Positions 24,246-37,340 of a DNA stretch of 64,000 nt are shown piece by piece (the first letter of the stretch is position 1; each line of letters starts with the position of its first letter). The stretch comes from Felis catus (Eukaryota). The translations under genes were made by a program, and so were the position numbers. The notes under the pieces are model-generated. The model was given only the letters and a program-made list of their open reading frames with translations. It ran no database searches and had not been told where the DNA came from. Location: positions 67,146,001 to 67,210,000 of the forward strand of contig NC_058384.1 in assembly GCF_018350175.1 (NCBI RefSeq). The letters are read 5' to 3'.

Positions 24246-26269
24246 TAAAGCGACAGTACTTAGAAGTTTGTCAAGAGGCAACGATCTCAAACCCCCAGTT
24301 TTCTTCATTCACGAAACTCTCTCCACGTTCCTGCTGTGTGCCAGGGGCTGTGCCGGGCTCTGGGGACTGTCCTCCACACTCCACCGCCACCGCATGGGAC
24401 AGAACGGCACTCTGTTCTCCGCCAAGTCAGAGGAGATGCTGTCCCAGCTGCTAAGGCCTCACGGCAGCCCTGATTCTGAAGTTTAATCCTTGCCTGTGCT
24501 GTTGCAGGTCTGTAGGTCAACCCCCCATCAGTGAAAGTTCTGGAAGACAACAAAATGCAGAAGGTAAGGGCTCTGTCCGAGCTGCTTACCAAGCCTCGAA
24601 CCTCCGCGTCCTCCCGTTACAGGGAGAGGACTCACCTCACCGGGGTTATTGTGAGGATTGACGTCCACAAAGCACGTGACACCCAGTATGTCTGCAGCAG
24701 CGGGAGTCGTGTCCTTACCGCTGTTACTAAGGAAACGTAAATAAACCGTTCGGGCCATTTCTTTTCCTTGGGCTAGCGGCCTAGGGGAGATTTGTTTACG
24801 GGGGAAACTGGCCCTCAGTCGCGTTACAAAGGACAGGGTGAACATAAAAGGAGGGCTGTTCTGTGAACTCTCACGTGCCTGGGTGGGGCCTCTTAAGAGA
24901 AAAGCCAGAAGGAACGTGGGGTGCAGGGGGCTCACTCGGGGTCGTGGCTCACGGGGATGTGACCGCAGCAAAAGGGGGCGGGGGGCAGAACATCATCCCC
25001 ACCCCAGTTGCTCTTCCTCAGTTGGCCCAAGGACTCCACCAGCGCCACGGAACCAACCAGAACCGCACTCCACCCTGGACCAGCCAGGAAAGCTGGCTCG
25101 GGTCCCACCGCTTCCCTCTGCCAGGAGCCGTTCTGGGGACCGTACCCTCGCTCCCCCCTCCTGGGCCGGCCCCATCCTCCCGGCCTGTCTTCCCCAAACG
25201 TGAGGCTGTTGGATGAATACCTCTCTTCTCTGGATAGGGAGCAACTGAGTAGAAATATTCTTTGCATACGACCCAGGAAAGAACAGTAATAAAGCAGGTT
25301 TCTGCCCCGGGCCTGGTGAGACGCCTGACCCAGGGCAGGGGGCAGCCTGGCGAACGTGGGGAGGTGGGCGCTATAGTTCCGACAAGGGCTCGTGGCCAGA
25401 GAGGGGCTGGATGGGGCCGGAGGCACAGGAGAACTTGGCCCCATCTAGGACACATTGAGGACGAGGGCTGCGTGCTCTGGGTCTCCCTCCTGCAGCCCCG
25501 GCCAGCGTACTGAGCCCCTGACTCACAGGGGGGCCGTGAAATCTGGGGCTCTTACTGTTGCTAAGCAAAGTCATAGCCACTCAGCCCCTCATTTCATAGG
25601 TGTTGATTGAGCCGCACATTGCAAGGTCAAGCAGGCCCTGCTTTGACCCTGAGGACACTGGCAGTGAATAAATAGACACCGACCTTGCCCTCAAGGAGAT
25701 GCTTTTCTAGTGGGGGCATCTCAATAAACACACACACATAGCTATATAGAACGCTGCGAGAGGTTTGATGTAAACACGGCTGAGAGAGAGGACAGAGTGA
25801 CGGAAGGGGGTGGGGTGGGCATGAGACCGGCTGGCTGGGGTACGCCTCAGGAGACTCGCATTCCTCCGAGGTGGAACAGCATGGAGGGCAGGGTGGGTAG
25901 GGTGGTGAGCAAGGGGGCGGGGCAGGGAAGGGCGGGCGGCACACGTAGGGATCCAGGCCCTGGGAAGGAGTGTGGCTTTGTTGTGAGGATAATGGGGAAT
26001 AGCTGAGGAGTTAAAAACAGAGAAGTAATATGATCTGATTTATTATTTTAAAGGATCCTTCTGGCTGCCTGGGAGGCATGAGCTGTAGGGATAAGTGGAA
26101 GCAGGCAGCCAGTTGAGAGGCCACCACAACAATCCAGGCAAGAGCCGGTGGTAGTGGTCCCAGAGGAGAAGGCAGAAGCAATTGGGCTCTGGATCGGTTT
26201 GGAAGCTAGAACGGATAGGGTTTACTGAAGGATTGGACAGGGGGTGAGAAAGAAGGGAGCCTAGATTCA

Positions 26270-27490
26270 CATTTTTGCTTGTGAATGTCCAGTTGTCCCA
26301 ACACTGTTGAAAAGACTATCCTTGGGGCGCCTGGGTGGCTCAGTCAGTTGACTTCGGCCCAGGTCATGATCTCACGGCTCAGGAGTTCGAGCCCCACGTC
26401 AGGCTCTGTGCTGACAGCTTGGAGCCTGGAGCCTGGAGCCTGCTTTGGATTCTGTGTCTCCCTCTCTCTCTGCCCCTCCCCCGCTCGTGCTCTGTTTCCC
26501 TCTCTCTGTCAAAAATAAATAAACATTAAAAAAGAATTTTTTTTTAAAAAAGGAAAGACTATCCTTTCTCCGTTGGATTGCCTTTACTCCTTTGTCAAAG
26601 AGGAGTTGCCTATGTTTATATGGGTCTGTTTCTGGGCTCTCCATTCTGTTCCGTCGGTCTATTTGTCTAGCCTTTCACCCATACCACACTGTCTTGACTA
26701 GTGTAGCTTTACATTAGTAAGTCTTGAAGTCAGGGAGCATCAGTCCTCCAACTCCGTTCTTCTTCAGTATCGTGTTGATTATTCTGGGTCTTTTGCCTCT
26801 CCATGGAAACTTTAGAATCAGTCTGTCAATATCAACAAAATAATTTGCTGGGATTTTGACTGACATTACGTTTAACCTCTAGATCAGGTTGGTGACATCT
26901 TACCAATATTGAGTCTTCCTATCCATGGACCTGGAATATCTTCCATCGAGCATGACCTAAAAACAAATTTATTGAATATATTAGACAAATAATATTGTCT
27001 AAATTTAAGGCGAACAATGTTACTTTGGTACATTTATATACTGCATTATGAGTGTCTTTGTAACTATGTCACATTACAAACTTATAGTGTGATATTATTG
27101 TCTATATTCGTTACACTGTGATTTGATAACTGTGGCTTATTTAACACTCGTTTGCCCCCAACTCCCCGTCCGCTGGTAACCACTATCTTACTGTCTTGTT
27201 TTGTTTTTTTTTAGGTTCTGCGTTGTGATATCATATAGTACTTGTCTTTCTCTGACTTACCTCACTTGGCATAATGTGCTCAAAGTCCACCCATGTCTTT
27301 GCAAGTGGCCGGATATCCTTCCTCCTCGTGGCTAAACTCCACTGTGTATATGTACCATAGCTTTTTTATCCATTTGTCATTTGAGGAGCGCTTAGGTTGT
27401 TTCCCTGCACTAGCTACAGTGAATATGCTGCAGTCAACATGGGAGTGTAGATATCTCTTCAAAATCTTGTTTTCATTTCCTTTGGGTAAG
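26270..27490 (-). mobile_element. Old L1 fragments interrupted by a + strand CAN-SINE (~26324-26550)
   Basis: L1 ORF2/3'UTR-like antisense sequence (reading MESPETDPYK...LLFDKG.KAIQ.RKDSL); AAAGACTATCCTT is duplicated around the SINE. Confidence 0.75.
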
Positions 27491-27669
27491 TGAACTTCTC
27501 CGTGCCCCGCTATTTGAAAGCTTCCAATGGCTCTCTAGTGCCTCAAATAAAATCAGGGCTTCTAATGGCTGACATTTGTACAACTGCCCAGGGAAAACTG
27601 TCTTGTGAGTTCTCAGCTGCTCTATATTCAACCTCACATCCTATTTGGGGAGGGGGGAGTCTCTTCTCT

Positions 27670-27896
27670 TTCTTTTTCTTTTTTTTTTTTTAATAATTTT
27701 ATTTATTTTTGAGACAGAGAGAGACAGAGCATGAGCAGGGGAGGGGCAGAGAGAGAGGGAGACACAGAATCTGAAGCAGGCTCCAGGCTCTGAGCTATCA
27801 GCACAGAGCCCGACGCGGGGCTCGAACTCACGGACCGCGAGATCATGACCTGAGCTGAAGTCGGACGCTCAACGGAATGAGCCACCCAGGCGCCCC
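27670..27896 (-). mobile_element. CAN-SINE
   Basis: Full-length reverse-complement SINE with T-tract. Confidence 0.92.
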
Positions 27897-28350
27897 TCTT
27901 CCCTCAATTTCTAATGACTTATTCTACTATGCCAAGGTCTTTGTCCAAGCCTCCCAAGTGACATGAAACCAGCTTACTTCATCTATCTATGGCACCCACC
28001 CCGCCTCTCCATCGCAGGCCATCATAAGCTCACCTCCTGCAGCCAGAGTCCAAGGATGACCCAGCGGCATCCTCCTCGAGGCCTCTCCCCACTTCCAGTC
28101 CCCGTTTCGGTACCACTACATTTTGCAATGGATTACCTGTCTTCGTTGCCTTGTTGGACAGTAAATCCCCCGAGACTGACTCTTCTGTGAGATGTATCCC
28201 CAAGTGCTTTGTCCAGCACTTTGTACCCGGTGAGCCCTCATTGTGAACATGTGAACTAACCAACCGTGGACGGGATGCATATGCCCAGGTTCCACCGGGA
28301 GTTTGCTGGGGATAAAGGAAAAAACATGCACAAGAACTCTGTTCCACAAG

Positions 28351-31300
28351 TCATTTACTGGATGGGGGCAGGCGATTTTGCAACAGATTACGTGGTAAGG
28401 CCGGGAGGGCAGAGTTCTTGCTTCCCCTCCCAGGAGCCAGATGTGTCATAGATGCTTGTAAATTTTCCAAAATAGCCATCTGTTGTTGGGTGAGCTGGGT
28501 CTGAAGCTGGAGATTGGCATACATACGTTCCAGAAGTCCCAGGCATTCCTTGGGCTTGGGGTCGACTCCTGAAGGGAGAGCAACAGAGGTGCAAGGGGCA
28601 CAGAAGAGATCCTGTAATTGTACGAGGCAGGAAGGGCTCTAGCAGGATGACCGTCTAATCTTTCCAGGCACAACTCGACCCACACACACCTTTGCTTGGC
28701 TGTCACCTTCTTGGGGCGGGGGGGGGGGGGGAGGGGGGGTGGCTACCTGGCTACCCTATTTTAATTTGCAGACAATCACAGGACTTTGTTAACCTTCTCC
28801 CTTGCCTTATTTTTTCCACAATATTTAGGATCATACAGCATGTTTGGTAATTACTTATTTACTTGCTAAGTTCCCCTCTAGAATGTAAGCTCCGGGAAGA
28901 CAGGGGTTTTTGTCCTGATTTGCTCACTATTGTATCCCCAGCACCTGGTGCATAAGTATTGAAAAAATATTTGATGGGTGAATGAAATGACCTGAGAGTG
29001 AGGCCTGACTCCCCTTTCAGCCTCCTTCTCTTGCCTGACACAGCATCTCATCAGCAGTGACCTGCGGTCCTCCTGTGGTAGCATTTCCACCAGCCTTGCT
29101 GCATTGGCCCAGTTTTTTCTAATGTTTTCAACTATGTTACATGCAGTCAGCTCCTAGGTAACCTTGGTGGTTATTTACCTATTGTTCATGTTTTTATTGG
29201 TCTTGACTTCTTTGCTAAACTCTGAGGTCCTCAAAAATTGGCGTCATGACTGTCTAGTGCCCGGGTAGGCTCCACACAGGCACCCTAAGTACCCACCAAT
29301 CTCCCCCATGGGAGGATGAATATAACTGAAATTCAAGAAACAGAGGCGCCTGGGTGGCTCAGTCGGTTGAGTGTCTGACTTTGGCTCAGGTCATGATCTC
29401 ATGGTTTGTGGGTTCGAGCCCCTTGTCAGGCTCTGTGCTGACAGCCTGGATCGTGCATCAGATTCTGTGTCTCCCTCCCCTTCTTGTGTATGTGCTCTCT
29501 CTCTCTCACTGTCTCTCAAAAATAAATAAACATAAAAAGAGAGAGAGAGAGAAAGAAACTGAGCTAATAACTACCATTTCCTTCCCTGGCCCCTTTTGAA
29601 CTAACATTCCTAGCAAGCAATAAAATTTTCCTCTCGGTCCTCCCTAGCCCTAGTAAAGGTGCCCGTATGCAAGGAAACCACACAACTTGTAGAATCGGGA
29701 AGAAAATGACACCAGTAGACAAGCTACCGGTGAAAAACCTAGAAGTGGTTTGAGCCAGAGCTGGCACCAGATCCAGGGCAGAAGGCTCGGGCCCCTTCCT
29801 CCGTGCAACCCCTCCCGCACTGAGCCCACTTGGGAAGCCTGGCCTGCACCCTTACCTGAGGGCAGCTTTGCTGTCCGGACGTTCAGGAATGTGGCCAGTG
29901 GGGAACTTGCTTGAAGATTAATAAAGCTAGGGGAGGGTTTGGCTCGACAAAGAGGCACAGCATTACTTTCCTCTTTGGCTGAAACAAAATCAGAGGGAAC
30001 TAATCAGAGCTATTTCCAACAAGGGATGGCCTTTCTAGCTAGATCCCTGCAGTTGGTCTATGAACACAAGTGCCGAGGCCCTGCCCTGGATAGCTCTGGA
30101 GAAAGTTAGGTGAGACAAACAAAAAAGAAACCACAGTGGACTAAGGGAAGGCAAGCAGGGATGGGTTCAGATAAAATCTAGTTTGCTTCCATTTGGCAAG
30201 TTCTCATGGCCCCGTGCTGCACGCTTACTAGCGTGCTAGGCGACAGGGCATCACGAGATACCTAACACACGGTTTCTCGGGTACTTACTACCTCGTTGGG
30301 AGACAACCGGGGCACTGATGAAATGTGACATAACAACCAAAGGACGTAAACAATGCGTCAGACAGTCTGGGTGAAAATGAGGCCTTTCATCTCGTGGCTA
30401 TACCAAGTGTGTGATTAATGTCGAAATGGATGTTTCCGGAAAAGTGCAAGAGCTCAGTAGGAGCACTGTAGTCAGAGAAAACTCCAGGCAGGTAGAGGAT
30501 GCTTATTGGACCTTGAACACAGGATGCTTTCGGGGAGTGGAAAAGGTGTTTCGAATGGGAAAAAAGAGGGCAGGAGCACAGGAGCGCACGGTGGGCCACA
30601 GAAGACCCTTCACAATAGCGAATCTGAGACTTTAGGCCTTCTCTCTTTTTTTTTTTTTTTAACGTTTATTTATTTTTGGGACAGAGAGAGACAGAGCATG
30701 AACAGGGGAGGGGCAGAGAGAGAGGGAGACACAGAATCGGAAACAGGCTCCAGGCTCCGAGCCATCAGCCCAGAGCCTGACGCGGGGCTCGAACTCACGG
30801 ACCGCGAGATCGTGACCTGGCTGAAGTCGGACGCTTAACCGACTGAGCCACCCAGGCGCCCCTAGGCCTTCTCTTGAGTATGACAATGCCATTGAGCCTT
30901 TCAGGATTAGAAAATTGTATAAAAACTGTATCTTATTAATGCAGAGGTATTAAAATGGGCTGGACGTGAAAGAAGTTTCTGAATGGGAACATAAATAAAT
31001 CAGCTTTGGCAAAAACAGTTAAGTTAGAAGGAAAAATTGATTTGTAGGGAGAAGGTAATGAGTCCTACACAGACGTACGTTATCTTTGTCTAGTGAGCAA
31101 CACTTCCTCCGGGAAACTATTCTTTCCCCAGACCCTAGGCCACACAGGTGGGACCACAGCAGGCCCTGTTCCCCAACGGAAAACGGTGTGACCCAATCCA
31201 GGCCAACCACGGTATCTCATCCTCCGTGGCAACTGTGATTGATCCCGGGGGTAAGTGCAATGGGCAAGTTGGGCCAGGCTCATTCTCTGGGGTCGACACA

Positions 31301-33047
31301 TGGATTCTGTAGTCAAAGAAGCTTGCTTTCTTGTGATTTGCTACGCTGGGAAAATGCAAAGCTGGGGCAGATGAGAGCTACCGAATTCGGCTGGCATGCC
31401 GTAAGGAGCAGATACAAGCAAGACAGGAGAAAAGAGTACAGGAGGGAGGTGGATGGACGGACGCCGCTAGGCACAGAATTCTGCAGTTCGGTCCCTGAGG
31501 CTCTGGCTTTTACAGGCCTTCTTCCTATTCTGTGACCATCTCGACACCCCTCCCAACTGCACGAGCCTCTGAATTTCCTTTTTTACTCAAGGGAGTCTGA
31601 GTTGGGTCCCATCCGACTAACACAACCCACGCTGTGGACACACAGTCCAGACAGAAATGCCTAGAGAAACAGTCGGAGGTGGCACCGAGCTCAGGTGAAA
31701 GGTTAAACTGCCAAGCTAGCCACAAAGCGGTGATAAAGAAGCTGCCAAACTAAATTAGCTCTCCAAAGTAAAAGACTGAGAGGGAAAACTGGACGCTGGG
31801 GAGCCCCTCCTCGGCAGTTTGGAAGATGAGAAGGAAATGGCAAAGCAGAGAAGCGACAGGCGGAGGCGAGCGGCCGGCCCTCCAAAGGAGCCCAGGATTC
31901 ACTGCCAGACTGAGGTCAAAAAGGACAGAAAAAGTTCACCCACTCGCTCATTTATACTTACGAGACAGCCGAGTGCCTGTGAAGCGTCCACCGCTGACAC
32001 CACAGCACGCTAAACACACGTGCTCGTGACCCTCACGCAACTGACGGTGTTGCAGTGTAGACAGTCACTAAGTGATCGAGCACGCACCTTATCGCATCCC
32101 GTAAGTGCTAGAAGAGCGCCTAACCTATAACCTTGTCTGTGCAGCTGGGGAACGTGTTCCCCAGAAGCGATCCTGTCTCGGCTGGGATCCAAAGGATGAG
32201 GGTACGGGACCTCTTCATGGACAACAGGCCTGGGGGCAGAGGTGTGGCAAGTAGGTCGTATGAAGGAAGATATATTCTTGTCCTGAACTCTGACTGCGAC
32301 AGAGCAATGGCCTGCTAAGGGGAAGAGGTAGTCACACATGTGGGGGCCGGGCCGAGGCTTTCTATTTGGAAGCTCACTGAGCCTATCGAAATTGAAATCT
32401 GTTTTATTCCCGATTACTCCTGGCGAGGGAAATCGGGGTTTGTTTTTGTTTTTGATGCTGGGTTTGTGGATTTTCCAAGCCCCACTGAAGGTCCTCCTTC
32501 TCCTCCTTTTTTTTTTAAGAGAAGTAAAAATATGCAGCAATGAATTCGTGTGTCATCTCATGCAGGGGCCATGCTAGTCTCTGTATCATTCCAGCTTTAG
32601 TGTATGTGCTGCCTGAAGAGCACGGCCCTCCACTTCCTTTTCCCTTGGTCTCCTCAGCCCTTTGACGGCTCATGCAGAACGGTAAGGAGACAGAAGCTGA
32701 AATTCAGGTCTCAAAATTATTCTCACCACGGGGCACCTGGTGGCTCAGTCGGGTTAAACATCTGACTTCGGCTCAGGTCACGAGCGCATGGTTCTGAGTT
32801 AGAGCCCCGCGTGGGGCTTGTCAGCACAGTGCCCATTTCCGATCCTTTGTCCTCCTCTCTCTCTGCCTGCCCCCTGCTCATGCTCTCAAAAATGAATAAA
32901 CATTAAAAAAAATAGTTTAGGGGTGCCTGGGTGGCTCAGTCGGTTAAGCATCTGACTCTTGACTTTGGCTCAGGTGTTGATTTCACAGTTCATGGGTTTG
33001 AGCCCCACATCGGGCTCTGCATTGACAGTGCAGAGCCTGCTTGGGAT

Positions 33048-33078
<31 letters not shown>

Positions 33079-34435
33079 AAAATAAATAAATAAAAACAAA
33101 CAAAAAAAAAAGTTAAAAAAAAGATTATTCTCACCATTGGAAAAATATAACTTCAGCTTCCATGCAAATACACTTCCCAATAATTCAGGCCCTTCCTAGG
33201 TATATGAGGACAAATTTTCTACCAGGCTGTGAGGTTTGGGGAGTACTTACAACCCATACCACAGGAACCAGATTTCTGACTACACAGTAACGGAGAATGA
33301 GGTTGGGGAGCAGTAAAAGGAAGCAGAACATAGAAAATCACAGTAAAAAGTGTTTACCTACACTGGGGCGCCTGGGTGGCACAGTCGGTTAAACGTCCGA
33401 CTTCAGCCAGGTCACGATCTCGCGGTCCGTGAGTTCGAGCCCCGCGTCAGGCTCTGGGCTGATGGCTCGGAGCCTGGAGCCTGTTTCCGATTCTGTGTCT
33501 CCCTCTCTCTCTGCCCCTCCCCCGTTCATGCTCTGTCTCTCTCTGTCCCCAAAAAAATAAACGTTGAAAAAAAAATTAAAAAAAAAATTTAAAAAAAAAA
33601 GTGTTTACCTACATTGTGTCGTTCTCACAATGACCCTAAGAAGTAGGTAGCATTAGCCACATTTTATTTGAGAAAACCTAAGTTAGGAAATTTGCTTAAC
33701 ATCCCACAACTAGCCGTGTGGCAGTGCTGGGGTTAAATCCAGGCCTGTGGGCTCAAAGTCGTGCTCTTCACCAATGCACAACATACTCTGTGAAAAGAGC
33801 TGGTCCATTACATGTAAGCTATGACATAGTAGGCCTCTCGGATAGAGTCATCTACTCCACTCACAGCCAAGTGGATGGGCTCTGGAGTCAGATGACCCCA
33901 GGCCATTTCCCTGGCCACTAGTTGGACCGTCCCACTTAAACAGAGTATCTGTTGACTCTAGTTAACACGATGTCTCCTGGGATCCCTGCACTTCAAGTCC
34001 TGTTCTAAGTATTAAGAGGGGAAACAAAGGAAGAATAATGTATTCATTCAGCATACAGTCACTGAGCATCTATCATCTAACAGACCCAGTTCTCAGCACT
34101 GGGAACACAGCAATGTTCCCATTTATTTTTTATGCAAGCTCAACTCTGAACATGGGGCTCGAACTCACGACCCTGAGACGGAGAGTTACATGCTCCACCG
34201 ACTGAGCCAGCCAGGCACCATCCCAGCAATGTTTCCATTTGATGGGCAAGTGCAGGACAGATACAAATCTTTTCCAATTAACCAAGAAAAAGGAAAAAAC
34301 AAAACAAAACCATACATACAACTAGAATCACTTCCCAAATTTCTGAGTAATTTAGGAGGTCTGCTGTTTAAGGGAAGGGGAGCAGGGCCTCCGACACACA
34401 CCTTTTCTGTTAGGGTGACTAGCACGCTGCTCCAT
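28351..34435 (-). CDS. TSACC: TSSK6-activating co-chaperone (C1orf182 orthologue), 3 coding exons, 124 aa
   Basis: Exons 34435-34402 ([11 protein letters not shown]), 29978-29856 ([27 protein letters not shown]...), 28568-28351 ([34 protein letters not shown]...SSK*). GT-AG junctions, 375 nt in frame. Syntenic position between RHBG and CCT3. Confidence 0.93.
29343..29540 (+). mobile_element. CAN-SINE in TSACC intron
   Basis: SINE head, body and tail. Confidence 0.88.
30645..30862 (-). mobile_element. Young feline CAN-SINE with target-site duplication
   Basis: TSD TAGGCCTTCTCT at 30633-30644 and 30863-30874. Confidence 0.95.
31180..31620. mobile_element. Degraded ERVL-type LTR (LTR16-like)
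   Basis: GTGACCCAATCCAGGCCAA...GTGATTG...GGGCCAGGCTCATTCTCTGGG resembles LTR16-family consensus as recalled; boundaries are approximate. Confidence 0.4.
32526..32623 (-). pseudogene. U6 snRNA retropseudogene inside a TSACC intron
   Basis: Reverse complement reads GTGCTCTTCAGGCAGCACATACACTAAAGCTGGAATGATACAGAGACTAGCATGGCCCCTGCATGAGATGACACACGAATTC...CATATTTTT followed by an A-tract. This is a diverged near-full-length U6 with the ACAGAGA box retained; many substitutions and no evident PSE/TATA. Confidence 0.9.
32730..33122 (+). mobile_element. Two tandem CAN-SINEs
   Basis: Heads at ~32730 and ~32920; ATTATTCTCACCA is duplicated around the pair. Confidence 0.9.
33365..33600 (+). mobile_element. 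Young feline CAN-SINE with target-site duplication
   Basis: TSD AAAAAGTGTTTACCTACA on both sides. Confidence 0.95.
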
Positions 34436-34829
34436 CTGAACAGGTGTGGCGCCTGGGGAAGAATCATAGCGTTACATCATCAACAACCCATGCTATTATG
34501 TTACTATTGACGGCACGTCTCCGGCTGTTCCAGTTTGGGGAGGGAAAAGTGTGAAAAATGTATGGTTCCATTTCACGGCCAAACATAAGCGCTTGGGTTA
34601 CAGGTCCCTTCAGTAGTGTGGAAATCAGTTCTATTATTATCACTGCTTCCTTTTTTTTTTTTTTTTCTGGACAAAATACTAATTTAGCCAAACCCAGACC
34701 TTAAAAGAGTCCCGCACTAACGGGCGACTCCTGTCTGCGTCCTCTCCACGGTCTCCTTCGGCAGCATCAGCCCCTATCCTGTCCTAGGAGGCAGGTTGGA
34801 AACCTGACTCCCATCACGTCTAAAGGGCC

Positions 34830-36000
34830 ACCGTGGCCTAGACGGAGGGCGGGGACAGAAGTCGCAAGGCTCCACGGGGAACCCCTGGGACCACGCTTTG
34901 GGTGGGAGACCCGGAAGCCGCAGCCTGCCTCAGCAGAAAGCGCCTGCGTGAGAAGGGAGAGGGCACACTCGGCCAGGAGCCCAGGGGCAGCTAAGCACGA
35001 CTCGCAGTGCGCCCCAAGGAGGCTCCTGGGCCAGCTCCTGGGCCCAAGCTCCCGAGTCGGCCCGCGCCGCTATTCCTCCCGCAGCTCAGGCTGGAAAGGG
35101 TGGAGACGGTCACGCTTCTCCTGACCTTCGCGGCCCCAGAAGACCGGAGGCGCCGACCAGCTCAGCGACCTCACCCTCTCTGTTACTCGAACGCCTCCGG
35201 CCCGGCACCCACCCGTGTAGTTGATACACATGCGCAGTGGCGCGCCGGCCAACCGCCCCAGCCTCCGCGCTTGCGCCGACGTGCGCGCCGCACGCGGCCG
35301 GGAGCGGCCTCTCTCCTGCGCAAGCGCCGGCGCCCTCCCATTTCCAACATCGCGCGCTCTCTATCTAGCTTGCCCTGCCGTTCCTGCGTAGGGAGCGGGG
35401 CTAAGAATGTCGATTGGCCAGTTTTGGTGCCGGTCACTGAGCTGGGTGCGGTGATTGGCGGCGACCCGGAGGGTAGCGGGTTGAGGTGTAAGCCCTGAGG
35501 AGGCAGCGTTTGCTGGGCTTCTCTCTGGTTCGCTCTCTCCAGAAGGTTCTGCCGGTTCCCGCAGCTGTGGGTGCCCGGCTCCGCATCGCGCCGCCATGAT
35601 GGGCCATCGTCCGGTGCTCGTGCTCAGTGAGTTGGGGGGAAGCCGAGGCAGGGGCCCCCTTTTCGCCCCTTCCCTCCACACTTGGCCGTGTTGCCCCAGC
35701 CCAGCCCCGTCCTGGTCGGCCGCGGAGGCTTCCAGTCCTCGTCCCTTTCGAAAGCCCCTTCTGCCTCTTTTCTCTGTGCGCCTGAGCCCTTCCCTGGCCC
35801 CCGCCGAGCCCCTGGTGTGTGGGGACGCGGCGCCGCCCCGCCCCCTCCTCGCGTGGCTTCAGGGTGCGGAGGAGCAGTTTTTCCGTTTGGCCGGTCGCGG
35901 AGCGGTGTGTCCTCGGCCGACGGGGTGGATCGTGGCGCTTCCGTCTTTAGTACCGGGGTTGACAGTGTTCCCCGGAGGATTGGGAGGGTTCAGTGGCCCA
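34830..36000. promoter_or_regulatory. Bidirectional CpG-island promoter, CCT3/TSACC
   Basis: Divergent ATGs 1.16 kb apart (34435 and 35596). ATTGG (CCAAT) boxes at 35413 and 35454, NRF1-like TGCGCA motifs near 35231 and 35317, and a heat-shock-element-like tCTCc-aGAAg-gTTCt at 35536-35550. Confidence 0.8.
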
Positions 36001-37292
36001 AGTAGGTAAGCTGCAGAGACGGGGGAGCCTGGCGGACAGCCAGTGGGGTCCTTGGTCGCTTTTCAGAAGCAGCCCTCCAGGATTTCCCTTGACCGACCCC
36101 GGTTGGTGAAGCAGCCCCGTTCCCTCGCTGGCCTGGCTTAGTTGCAGCGAGCCCCTCCGTGTCCCCCGCGTGGTGGTCTTTCCCACGGAGTTGCCCCTGG
36201 TTTCTGTCTAAGGAGTACCACCTCCCTTGTCCTCCCCTGGCTTGTTTCCGTTTTAACTTCTGGACCCCATGTGCGAACCCGCCCTGGGCGCCTTTCTCCC
36301 TCCCTTACCATTTTCTGTATACGAAATGCAGTAAAGCGATTTGATCCATTTTTTTCATACCTGGGAAATAACTATTACCAAAAAAAAAAAAAAAAAAAAA
36401 AAAATGCACTTAGGAGAGACAAGGCGCCGTTCCTTCTGATGAGTCTGTCAGAACAGCCGGTGCAGGATTTGAGTTACCACTGCCCGACACAGGAATCTAA
36501 ATCCCGAGGGTTGTGAGTGTAGACTTGGTGGGACTGCATTGAAAACTTTGCCGATTTAAATTGTACGGAGTGTGTGATTCAGAGAGAGGAGCGGAATAAG
36601 CATCGTGTCGGTTTGGTTATAGCCACTGGCTGGTCTCACCGAGAGGCCCCCAGGGGTGAGTTGTGCACTGTGAAACCCTTTTCAGGTCTGCATTAATCCC
36701 TGGCACTGGTTGGATGTAACCCATTAGGCCGCGTGTTAAAATACGTGGTCGGCTCTGACCGAGCATTGTTATGATGTCCAAGCATGGAGTGACCGTATCT
36801 GGAGAACGGAGACCCTCCGAGAGGATATTCTCACTGCACAGCACGCTGTGGGGGCGCTGGCAGTAATTCCGCTGGGACTGCCTCCTGTGATTCCCCCGTC
36901 CGAGTAGGAAAATAGGAGCCCAGACTCCTTCCTCGGGTATTTGTTTTTGAGGGTCACCAGCCCTCTGAGCATCTGTAGATCCTCTTTCCAGACAGAACTG
37001 CAGTATCTCCCATTTTCTCGTATAATCTCTGCGAGTTCACCATTCCGCCCAGGCCCATTCATGGATCTCAGGTTATGGGTCCTTGCTGTAAATAGGTGAA
37101 TGTTTGATTAGTGGGAAAGTGATGACCAGGGATCGTCATGGGTCGTATGTGTATCAAGTTGACGTAAAGAAATAGCTGAAAGTACGTGTACTTTTTTGTG
37201 TTAACAGTTTTTTAAGGCATATTGGTATATAATAAGCTACACATATTTGGAGTGTACAATTTGATGAGGTTTGAAGGTATGTTACCTCTGTG

Positions 37293-37340
<48 letters not shown>

